Shown: positions 42,004-53,000 of the stretch, piece after piece
Position numbering within the stretch: the first letter of the stretch is position 1
Layout: each line of letters opens with the position of its first letter
Assembly: GCA_040954595.2 (NCBI GenBank)
Contig: CM082594.2
Location: forward strand, 6,530,840-6,594,839
From: Balanoglossus misakiensis
Lineage: Eukaryota > Animalia > Hemichordata
DNA length: 64,000 nucleotides
Reading direction: 5' to 3'
Notes under the pieces: generated by a model
Told to the model about the DNA's origin: nothing
Database searches by the model: none
What the model saw: only the letters and a program-made list of their open reading frames with translations
Program-made: the position numbers and the translations under genes

Positions 42004-42316
42004 TTAAGCAATAAAACACCCCCAGCCATGGTATACCACGAGATTTTGACCAGTTCACGACATATACGCACGAGCGATAGCGAGTGCGTATATGGAGTTG
42101 AACTGGTCAAAATCGAGTGGTATACCATGGCTGGGGGTGTTTTATTGCTATTATATTATGCCAGTATATTGAAACTGCATAAAACATTTTAAAAAGGCAT
42201 TTTCTTTGACTATGATATATGACTGTGGTATATGGCTAATATATCACGGTCACGTGTCGTGTCTCGACCAATCAAATAGCGGGATTTACACCATCAATAT
42301 ACTGGTATAATATAAT
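42004..42316. mobile_element. Non-autonomous DNA element with two adjacent inverted-repeat pairs (Crypton-type/MITE-like)
   Basis: Long near-perfect palindrome 42007-42149 (AGCAATAAAACACCCCCAGCCATGGTATACCAC...GTGGTATACCATGGCTGGGGGTGTTTTATTGCT). It is followed immediately by a second IR pair, ATTATATTATGCCAGTATATTGA 42150-42172 / TCAATATACTGGTATAATATAAT 42294-42316. The family assignment is from memory. Confidence 0.75.
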
Positions 42317-43457
42317 GAATGTTTTAGTATGCATCAGGAAGTAGAACAGAAAACTGTATCCAATTTGTATATTATGACATGTACTTTTGATGTGTATGGC
42401 CAAGCAAGTACATGTACATGTACTTTGTGTGAACAGCAAAAAGATTTTGTAAAAACAATAAAAATTTCAAGCAAATCCGGTTTAATATTTCTTTCTGTTA
42501 GAGTGAAGGCAGGTCTGTTTCTATGATTGTCTTGGGTCAGTTTCCCATTTTGGCCATGTTTGGACTCCTTTGGTTCATTCAAACACGGTCACTACACACA
42601 TTGATATTGTTGAAGAGACCAGGAATAATTGATGACCTTTGACCTTCACATACGCTCTGAACACTCATTGATGATTTTCAGACCACCACACCAGCCAAGG
42701 AGAATGGAACAACAAGAACTTCATTATCTATTTTATCATGTTATCACTTTAATGTTTCTTAAAGACATACAGGAGGTGATTTCTTTTTTAAGAGATGTCC
42801 TCTTTATGTCATGCAAAAGTATATTCCAATATAACAAGTTTGAAATTTTCACTGAAAAATTGAAATGGCAGTATATACATGTATGTACATAATTACTTCA
42901 AGTTCACCTTTCATATATAATTCAATCTTATCGTGTTAATATAAAAATTACAGTGCTGGACAAGTCTGACGGGAATGGGAAAGGAATGATCATGTATAAC
43001 TGGAATAAAATTGGCAGAAATAATGCTGAATGATTAAAAGTACAATGTAATAAACTTTATGATATAAGCGAGAAACAAAATCCTGACTTTCAAATTGTAT
43101 GAAGTCCATTCAAAATAACTTGCTTAATTATAAAATCAATAAAAATCACAAAAGATTTCTTTGATCAGTAAAATACACAAGTCAATCAATGTTCCAAGGA
43201 CTTTTACATTGCATATGTGAGTGCCACTGCCCCTTTCAAAGCAACAACCGACACTGATCACTATAGAAAAATCAATATCTATGACATTTTTGCCTTCAAC
43301 TTGACCCCTTTACTTTTCATCACACTGTTCAGACGTTTCCATCCATATTTATGTCCAAATGAAGTGAACCCTCTCAATGAGAACAAGTGGATCACACCAA
43401 AGTAGGATGGTGGTAGGGTCCACAGGGTAGCCAGCTGTATCCTTGAGTCTACAACGT

Positions 43458-45476
43458 TCACTCTACAAGGAATGGCTCCACTTTGGTGCAAACTGTCTCA
43501 TTGGCATTTTCTGGCATTTCGTCGTCCGCTGAATGTGGCATGTGAATAAGAACAGTGTTCACATTTTCTTGTTGGCAGTCAGGTCGGCTGACTTCAAATT
43601 TGTTCACTTCCGTCAGGTTGCCGGCATCTACTTCCGGGAAATGCTCCATTGCCATTGTTTCGTTCTGTCTATTCGTAAAACACTCCTGATACTTGTCGAT
43701 GTCGACCCGCAGCCTCTGGGAGATCTCTTTGGCTTCTTCACTCAGCTCCTCGTACGGCCGCTTCACAAACTGATGCGACCGTCTCCCGTTCTGCGGGTGC
43801 GACTTCAGCTCCACCGCTCCGAACCCCATCGCCGATATCTTGCTGACGAATTCCTTGGCGCTTTCCGTGCTGAAGGCATTCTTCATCCCGTTCTGTTTCG
43901 GCATCATTTTCTTCTGGGAGATGGTGGACAGGGAAATGAAGAGCAGTGGAAACTCCAGTATTTTCTTGATTTTCTTTGGGTAGTTGAAGATCAATTCTTG
44001 CGACGTCATTTTACTGAGTGGCTGTATTCTGCCGCCGTACGGTCGTTTGTTGGTCATATACCGGTGCCTGATATTCACGCCTTGTCTTTTGCTGATTGAC
44101 GGCGCAGCACCTTGCCGCATTTGACTGTACGAGCCCTGTTTGTATCGCATCTCGCTGACTGTATGCGGGGTGTAATTCATGCTGTTTGTCGGGGCGCGGT
44201 TCACTGCTTGTGGCGGTGACACTATGATGTTTGTGGGTACTGGCTCTGTGGGTTGCGATGGGGTTATGATCGTCATGGGCACACTTGCTGCTTCAGGGGC
44301 GTATCTCATAGGCTGTGTTGTCGCTGCTCCAACCTCTGCGACAAGCCTGACTTCGGCAGGCAGCAAGGCAAGCTTTTGCTGGATGGCGTAATGTATAATT
44401 ACCCTTGCACACCACACTTTGTCCATGGTGATAATCTGGTTCCACCGTCGCCGGCTGGTCTCTTCATTTCGCATCGCCGCATTGAAGGCATTCTCCGTGG
44501 CTTGCAAAATGGCTGACAATCGTCCCACCTGACCTATAGCCTTGCTATACAGGCTGTGGCAGTCCTCGCTGGCAGGGAAATCTGATAGTCGCCGACGAAA
44601 CTCGTCGTGGTAGTCCCCAAACAGCTGCAATGCTTCTGCATTGAAGCCGTACACTAAAGGTGGTGGCATGTCTGATCCCTCGGGGTGGTGTATTCGTCTC
44701 AGGATGCTGTACACTTTCTTCAGTTGCGGCGTATTTTCAGGCACTACTCTGAAATCGGCGAAGTTGTAGGTGACTGATGGTGGTATGAAAACAAGGAACC
44801 TGTCAAATAATCGGGCATTGTCTGCTTTCTGAGTGATTTCAAAGAGCGAGCTGAGACTTGTAAAGCCACTCAAATTCAGGCAGGTTTTATCCATGAAGGC
44901 AGCAGAGTCATTGGCGTGGTTGCTCCACGACAAGCCATCGTATAATGAGGATAAGTTATTTCGAGTCAAAGTGGGTGGCTGATTTCTGTCGGAATCGAAC
45001 GTCTGAAATACGGAGGACAGTTCATCGAACAATCCAATCATCTGCTTGCCGTTCTGCGACATGAGAGTCTGCAGGTTTTCGAGGTCATCCACACAGAGAC
45101 GAGGAAGCTGAGTTGCTGAAATTCCAGGAACGACTCGCTTTATCTCCCGATGCAGCTCTGTCTGGATTTCCTGCAGTGGTTCCAGGACTCGCTTCAGAGC
45201 CGGTGTCTTTTTCTCTCCTCGTCTTGCCGCCACCATGGTCCACAGTATCGCAGGCTCTTTCCATTCCGGGTTGATCCGGATGACGGCGTTGGCACCCATC
45301 ATCCCAGCACAGGCTGAGAGCAACGGGAAAAAGATGAACTCCTTTGGGCATCCTACCGCATTGGCCAGAGCCTGCACAGTTATATACATGTTTTCGCTGG
45401 CAACTTGTTGAATGTCAAGTGAGATATGCTGGGCTGCTTCTATTTGTTGCTTGAAAGCCTCTGTTAGATGCGCCAT
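43458..45476 (-). CDS. DUF3987/YfjI-like P-loop AAA+ protein, 672 aa, single coding exon, with a probable C-terminal winged-helix-like domain
   Basis: The only long ORF in the window. First ATG is at 45476 (AAGATGG context, MAHLTEAF; the track start at 45515 is not an ATG). Motifs: WKEPAILWTMVAARRGEKKTP (family-type Walker A), IGLFDELSS (Walker B), LSSLYDG, CLNLSGF, LFDRFL (arginine-finger region), KAIGQVGRLSAIL. Confidence 0.85.
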   Translation of the reverse strand: MAHLTEAFKQQIEAAQHISLDIQQVASENMYITVQALANAVGCPKEFIFFPLLSACAGMMGANAVIRINPEWKEPAILWTMVAARRGEKKTPALKRVLEPLQEIQTELHREIKRVVPGISATQLPRLCVDDLENLQTLMSQNGKQMIGLFDELSSVFQTFDSDRNQPPTLTRNNLSSLYDGLSWSNHANDSAAFMDKTCLNLSGFTSLSSLFEITQKADNARLFDRFLVFIPPSVTYNFADFRVVPENTPQLKKVYSILRRIHHPEGSDMPPPLVYGFNAEALQLFGDYHDEFRRRLSDFPASEDCHSLYSKAIGQVGRLSAILQATENAFNAAMRNEETSRRRWNQIITMDKVWCARVIIHYAIQQKLALLPAEVRLVAEVGAATTQPMRYAPEAASVPMTIITPSQPTEPVPTNIIVSPPQAVNRAPTNSMNYTPHTVSEMRYKQGSYSQMRQGAAPSISKRQGVNIRHRYMTNKRPYGGRIQPLSKMTSQELIFNYPKKIKKILEFPLLFISLSTISQKKMMPKQNGMKNAFSTESAKEFVSKISAMGFGAVELKSHPQNGRRSHQFVKRPYEELSEEAKEISQRLRVDIDKYQECFTNRQNETMAMEHFPEVDAGNLTEVNKFEVSRPDCQQENVNTVLIHMPHSADDEMPENANETVCTKVEPFLVE

Positions 45477-45756
45477 CTTAGATGATTTACTGAATGCTAC
45501 AGTTAAACACTGCAATCAATACAATTTCCTGATAGTTGATGGATTCTCTCAGATCTGTAAAGAAATGTGGAAGTAATGTGAGTCGTGGTTCTTTCAATCC
45601 ATTCTAGGCAACATACATTGCAGCAGTATAAATAATGCATAATATTTCATATTAATTTATTAAAATTTAATCCTTTCATCAGTTTAAGAATATCATATTG
45701 CCAGATAGCTTAGGAAAATCAACATGATTTTGCATGCAGCTATAGACACATTTATT

Positions 45757-45785
45757 AAACAAACAAACAAACAAACAAACAAAAC
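45757..45785. repeat. (AAAC)n microsatellite
   Basis: Directly visible. Confidence 0.9.
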
Positions 45786-46243
45786 TATTTTATGAATATT
45801 AAATATCAAGATACTGGCCTTCACTGACTGTAAAAACAAGACCATTTCAAATGCGCACGCATCTCTGCATATATTATAATATTACAATGTACTTTACTTG
45901 TTCCGATTCCAAATTCATTCATTCGGTATAAAACTATAAATATTACAGGAGATTTGGCTAAACTTTTTGAACTACTCCATTCACTTTAAGCGATTATTAT
46001 GGAGAGGGGGGAAGCAGAAATCGAGCTATACTTGGCGATTTAACTTTACGCTATTTAGCATGGGCGGCTTTGCTGACGCTATTTTGCACTAAACGAGAGT
46101 AGCCATCTTGCTATTTAGCCAACAGGTCGAGTCGCAAATCGGCCGATTTCAACGCCATTGCAAATTTAAAAGATCGACAACTACTAAGATACACTTTATC
46201 AGATTTGCAGATGTGATAGGTGGAAGTAGAAGTAGAAACTTAC

Positions 46244-46345
46244 CTTATAAAGAAGTGAGTAGAGCGTTTATGCAGGAGTGCCTTTTGTCTTATTGCATTG
46301 TCGCCATTTTCAACACATGCGCTAATATAACCTGGGCTAAGAGAG
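46244..46345 (-). other. Probable non-coding first exon / TSS region of the DUF3987 gene
   Basis: Minus-strand donor AAG|GTAAGT at 46244/46243 and acceptor CATTTCTTTACAG at 45555/45554 define a 689-bp 5'-UTR intron. A YY1-like AAAATGGCG lies at ~46302-46310 in CpG-containing sequence. The 5' boundary is approximate. Confidence 0.6.
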
Positions 46346-48382
46346 AGAGCGCCGCCGGTAAACAAGTTCGATGCCCATGAGTTCCTTCGTTTTCATCCCC
46401 GGAGAAAATATTCATGGAGTTCGAAAAAGCGTGGATAATACAATTGATAACAGGAGCACAACATTGTACAAGCTATCAATAGTGGCAATATTTCCAACGG
46501 TGAAAATTATGTTGGTTCAAATTGGGTCTCCCAAAAGAGTAACAGCAGTTCAGTAGCTCGGGGAATTGCCTGTTGGTGTATATGTGTGTTACAAGCACAC
46601 AAATCAACAGGCAAAACCTCGAGCAAGTGCAGCTACCAAAATCAGCAGGGTCAATTTTCCATCCATTTTGAACTATACCGCACCACTCTGCCGACTAGAA
46701 TGAAGTGACATAACTAAATACATATCACCGTACCTGTCGGTGTGTCTCTGTTAGTAACGTTCAATCCGACCTCTCAGAACAAGTCGACGTCCAGTTCTTG
46801 TATGAGAGTGTAAAAACACGTGTTGGTTTGACAAGATGAGTCACGTATCGAGTCCGCGTTGACAAATCTGACTAGACACACAGCGCACCCAACGATACAA
46901 ATGGGTTGAACTAAGCCTGGGCTGTAACAATCAATGATTGCATGAGTGCAGTTCAGTCGATGCAAAAACCAAAAGAATGACAAAAGTTATCGATTGTGTG
47001 TATCCGTTGTACATTGATATCAATCTTTTGATATGGGCTAGGAAAATGCATAAGTGGTTGTTTACTATAGATTTGTAGGAGAATGTGCACATGAGAAGAA
47101 GAGCCAATCGGTATTAATTAAAATAGTTTTTAAGACTCTAGTTCCTTCCCCTTATTCTCCGAGTCACACAAACATCATACTCCCGAAATCAAGCAGTCGT
47201 CGACCACAAGCGGTAGCCATGACAACCGTGAACATAACCTCTCGGGCATGGGCTACTGCCGCGATGAAGAAATATAGAGAGAAGCTGCTGTAGCTTGAAT
47301 ATATTAAGACTTCTGCATTCAATTGTGTATATTGCAAGTCGGATCGCGTCGTTAGTTGTCAAGGATATATGTGACTTGAATTTAAAAGTGTAAAAAGCTT
47401 CTTTTTACTAGAAAATTAAGAATACTGCATGCGTTTCTTTATCCATCTTTGCACGACGGAAATATTAGCTCCCACAGTCTCTACGTCGCCAGTTATTTGA
47501 CCCAAGTGTAGATATTCACACATATCATTTGCAAAATCAGCCCACGTTTAAAAAATGCCCAAGGCAGCCGATCGTGCTAAAACGCACTGCTTGTTCGAGT
47601 AGTTTTCGACACCTATTTTCAGAATAGGTCAGCCCGAGGATGGACCAGTCACCCAGTTAACTATATAAAGTTCATTGCCTTACATTTACACATTATTTTC
47701 CAATAAAGACTTCCCCCGGTATGACCTTAAAACGTGTCGCATGTTTCCTCTCCCGGCAAGTCTATGTTTTCAAAGAAATTGCTGTTTAATTTTTTTCATG
47801 TTAAAATTGAGAGCATGTAATACATCTTGGCATTCTTTATATTTTATGCCATGATGATAGGCAATCCGTTAAATGTGCAAAACCTAACAAAAATCAAGTG
47901 CAGGTGATGTGGGCACCGGCCAACAGCGTGCAGCCATGAAATAGATAGGGTTACCAACTAAAATTAAAATTTAATTTTAAGAAAGTTTTCTTTACATCTG
48001 GGGTGTGTAAATATGATGATCCAAATTTGTCATTTCGGTAATCGAAACGTATGTCAACACTAATATTACTTCTGTTTTTCGGAATTTAGGTCAAATTCTC
48101 ACAAAGGTGTATGACCTCGCCAGAAACTGTAACAGTCTCTCGCAGTCTATAATGCAAAACCAAACATTCACAACGCAAATGTATATTCCACTCAAACAAA
48201 ACGTCTTGGAAATCTACAAAGCGATCGATCAACCGAATGAAACGCGTTATGCTGCCTCTACGTTAGGAAATAACGACTTATCTTCTCAAGGTGTTTTTTT
48301 TCCTAGCAAGTCCTAATAAAACAAGTCACGAAGGAGTGGAGTGGACGGAGTTCATAGAAGTTAATAAAAAATATTCTCTAGG

Positions 48383-48413
<31 letters not shown>
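48383..48413. repeat. (CAT)n microsatellite
   Basis: Directly visible. Confidence 0.9.
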
Positions 48414-48416
<3 letters not shown>

Positions 48417-49849
48417 CGAATTTCACTATTGGTACTTAACACCCCTTCGCAACATTAATTTGCAATAGAAACCCCGCATGGTCGGGGTATACATGCAACA
48501 GGTTGTGGTTCTCAGTACTATTGCCCTTATCATATCAAGTTATTTGTCTAGTTCTGGGTCTTGAGGGCCTTCTGCGAGTCTGATTGTTCTAGCTATGGAT
48601 CTCGGGGAGATACTCGGTTATCGTCATTTTGGTTGATAAAGATATTTTACCTAGCCATGACTGATAGTGACATAATCCCCAAGGTCGTGCTGCGCATGCC
48701 TATCATATGTATAGTAAAGTACAGTAATATGTAAAGTCTCTGTTGGCCATATGGCGATTTGCCCAGATGTAGACTTTTTTGATATTACAGAGTACGAATA
48801 AAATCGTATAATTAATTAATTTAATTGGGTTCGACACAAACTTTACACATGAGCATAACCTTATGCTAGTTTTGATCATTCGAATGTTTTTCCCATTTAT
48901 GTGTATCGCCCTCGTGTGTTCTCTGCATTTGCTCGACCCTGAACACTCGTTTCCAATGTGTTGTCAGGTGACCTCGACCTTTGTATCCAAGCTACAGCCG
49001 AGGCTAACGTACTTTGTTTCCATTGCGGGCGCCCTTTCTTCCGGAGATATTGTTTACTTTGATACGTGTCTGGCATATGTAAACACTTACTGACCCACAG
49101 CCCGCGTTGGGGCAATGCGTGTTGAATGCAGGGGTGACTGTGGATGATGACAGGATGAAACATTGTCAAATTTGGGCGATCGAATCACCCCAGGGGATTT
49201 GCTGTTTGTGTGCAACATGCAACCACTCAGACACCGGCGTTTTAATTCACCACCAATAAATACTTTGATTGCCTAGTAGCATCGAAAAACGACAGTACGC
49301 CATTTCGAGCGCTTTTCACTCAGCTCGTCTAGTAACCGGCTTCCATTTGTCCGACTATTTTCTAAAGTTTAAATTTAAAAAAACGCGTACATTTACTGGC
49401 GCTTTAAAAGTCACTTTGAAAGCCCCTTGCATTTCATTGGATCGCGTATTGTTTGCTCAATAGAAGCCGGGTCAGCTAAGGTCACAAATGTAAATTAGGT
49501 ACATATCACGTGACCAAGCCGCCCTAGTTCATAGGATCTTGGCTTTCAAAGAGTCTCTTTGCGAAAAAAGGTGTTTGGATAAAATTTCGAGGGGCAAATG
49601 TTTAGGAAAAACGCAACGGGCACAAAACAGAGGTAACAGAAGAGATAATGAACGAATTAAAATGAAAAGAAGTAAACGTGTTGTTTTTATTCGTGTGGGA
49701 AAGCTGGAGGACATATCTCAGAGTACGTCACCGTGTCCTTAGATGACCTCACTACCTTGACATTCCCTGCCAGTTGCAAAGCAATGGAATGATCCACAGT
49801 TTGTACTAGGTGCTCGAATTGGCAGCAATGTAGGCAACCCTAGGCAGCT

Positions 49850-50034
49850 CGCAGGCGAAAAAAAAGATATATACAGCGACCGTAACATATAAATACGCAA
49901 TCGCCGTACAGAAATACATAGATGTTTGAGAAGATAATATCCATCTAGACGCGATCAACGACAACGCGGAGCCGAAATTGACCGAGAACTTGTGCAACGT
50001 GTGGAAAATTTGGCCATGACAACGAGTATAAAAC
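49850..50034 (+). other. Candidate first exon of an unidentified gene (possible CDS start 50016, MTTSIK)
   Basis: Strong donor AAC|GTAAGT at 50034/50035, GCCATGA at 50013-50019, CpG-rich context and upstream TCACGTGAC (~49506). CpG-poor intron-like DNA follows. No downstream exon was identified and the 5' boundary is approximate. Confidence 0.4.
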
Positions 50035-53000
50035 GTAAGTTCACGGACATTTTTTCTTAAGCGCTATATGCTTGTTAAAGGGGGCCTGGGCACACCTACA
50101 AGGGGGATTCTGCGGTTTCCAACAGTAAATAAACCAGTGGTTGGTAGAAGCGTGTAACATATTGAAAGAACTTGTCAGCTATTTTTTGCCCAAGCAAATG
50201 TGATAGCGTGTCTTTTAAGTGATATTTGCTTGTAAATACTACGATAATTTACGGTACGATCGCCGCTGTACAGCGCTAGTCTACCGAAGTGCGTCTCGTA
50301 AAGTCGCTTCGAAACCTCGCGCGAAATGTACATACAGAGTATGTACATTTCACGACACGGCCACGTTGAACGTGGATTTTTATTAGCATATTTCAGTCTC
50401 CCAGTTCGCGTTGATCCATCAGTCGCACAGAGATATATATGCGATGTTGTGGATTGCGACGAAATCTTGTTCGTAATAGAGTCATCGATGTAAAGTAAAT
50501 ACACGTGGAACTTTAAATACACAATGTTTCGAGGATATAAAAGGTTCATCGCTCCGAGGGCTGTGACAAGCCAGATTACGTTTCTCTATCAGTGATATAA
50601 TTACCACCCCGCTTTGGTGGGTCCATACTGACTTCGAAATGTTTGTGACAGTAAACTGTCATCTGTTGTCTTCGTTTTTTTCCTAATTACAAGCTGTCTT
50701 TTAACTGATCAGATACAAGTGTTCTTTGGAAATGAAACGAAATGAAATGAAATCAAGCGAAACACTGAAATCAACATGGAAAACAGTTGTGAATGCAATG
50801 TTTGTTCAGTGTCTTTCATGTATAATGTATTTATTTATTTCATTATATATTTATTTATTTATTATTTATTACATTTGTGTACAATATTAATAGTAGCTTA
50901 TTGATGTATTAAACTATCTGCAAAAGTGTGATAACCTTGACCTAGATAAGGAGACAATGATAAGTATGAACTGATGTTAGTTTTTTATGATTGCCAGAAT
51001 ATTTTGTATGATAACTTTGTTTTTATAGTTCTCCATTGATGTATATATTGCTTACATAAAGAAGTGGCACTTTCTTTAGTATTTTACCTATAGGAAATCT
51101 GAATACTACAGGGCCGCCACTTGAGAAATGAGGAACTGTGGACCATATTGAAGAATGGGTGTTTGTGTATTTAGTTTGAATTGCTGTATATTTTGGAAAC
51201 TTAGATTTAAGTTTAGTGTAAATCCCAAAAAGCATAAATCAATAAACTAAAAGGTAAGGGAGTACTCAGATTTTACTTCTAGGGGGACTTGGAGATTTTC
51301 CACTTTCTTATGAATTTCTTTTACACTCTCATACATGTTTTTGCCCCTCCCCAATTTCTCATATAAAAATCTCAATGACCTGCAAATCCTCAAGCCCCCC
51401 CCCCCCAAGTATTTTCTGAACACTCCCTAAGTCCAAGTTTCTTATGCTTCCTCAGTCTGTTGGTTATTAATTTCAAGTAAGATTTTGCCAGTTTAATCTT
51501 GCAAATGATGGAAAAATGAAGTATGAGAGTTGATGTATGCTATTTGCTAAAGGCACTCTAATGCCTGGTAGGTAATGTGGAATTGGTAGGTCCCTGGATC
51601 ATGATGTAACCAAATTAAAATAATGGTTGCAATTATAACCAAGTAGACACATAATGGGACTGATTAATGCAATTAGTAAAGTGATCATGATATGTATTTA
51701 ACCCATTAAGAGGTAAAGAACACATCAGATCCAACAGGGCTCAGTATAAGTCATAAAACATGACACATACAGCACCCAGGAGGGTAGGCTACAAGATTGA
51801 CTGAATGGTAAACCAGACCACAGCAATAATAACAGCTTTCAGTCGTGAAACACCAACTGCTATAATGCGAGAGTTGCTCTTACGACCCCTGACCTCGACA
51901 GATTCAGGAATGTGATAGGCAGGGTGAATAAAGAGGCATGTTTCATGCTTCAGATGAATCGGATCTGTTCATGTTAGTATTTCAGACCTGACGATTAGTC
52001 CAGCCAAATCAAACTCGACCAGTAATTATCATTGGTAGATGCCATCTGACCTGACCCCCGGGGACAAAACCTGTTTGGGCATGACCGCTCCCCAGTTGTC
52101 AAAGCCCTGCCAGTACTCTTGATAATAAATGTGTGACATGCTGACTTCAGCCATTTTCAAAGCTGATCCTGTCTAGATTCTCAAGGACACGCCAGCTCAG
52201 TGGAATGGTATATACATAGAATACGACCTTGTTGACCTTCTTTCTTGTGACATGACCCGGCTAGGGATCAATTGTATAGCTCTGCATGGAACCAACTCCA
52301 ATCAAGAACAGAAGCATGAGTCAACAGCCATGTTCTTCTCTAAACCCCTTTCACCAGAATAGTTTAGTCCAAATCCACAGTTTTCTATGGCAAAGTTGGA
52401 CTTCAATACAGGGAAATGGGGGTGAAAAGTAATAAATCCTACAATTTTCTGGATATTTTGGTGATAGATGCTTGACATATTGCATTTGAGGCTATTAATT
52501 ATCTGTACACACATGTCCTAAGAGATGCAACAATTTGTAAACCAATTGAAAGGCACTGCAAAAAAAGAACAAGTGCCAGAACCATTTTATCCCAGGAGAA
52601 TGAAAACATGAAACGTAGTCCGGAGTAGAAAGAAGGAACTCATTGATTCGGTCAGGCTGTTCTAACAAGGGAACCGAAAATAGAAAAAAAGGAGGAAAGC
52701 AATACTCAATAAACGGGTAAAATTACACTCCAATCAAAAACTTGTGTGGGGAGCAGAAGTAACTGAGACTAGTGAAAGTGAACCCCCAACATTTGTGTGT
52801 TTTGCATACTGATTAGCACAGTGGGTATTCGTACGCTGTTGGGCGAAAAAACTCCTCCAGTGTCCTGTGCCAGTGGTGGCCACTGCAAGTACCGGTGGGA
52901 ATTGTCATCTACCTCTCTCAAAGCACTCTTGGCAGAGGATCAGATATTAGCTCTGTTACAATACTGTGGGAGTGCCCCCGTCGTGAATGGTTGAGTCGCA

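Noticed and set aside
43533-44516. Plus-strand ORFs overlapping the DUF3987 CDS
   Set aside because: Antisense shadows of a real coding sequence.
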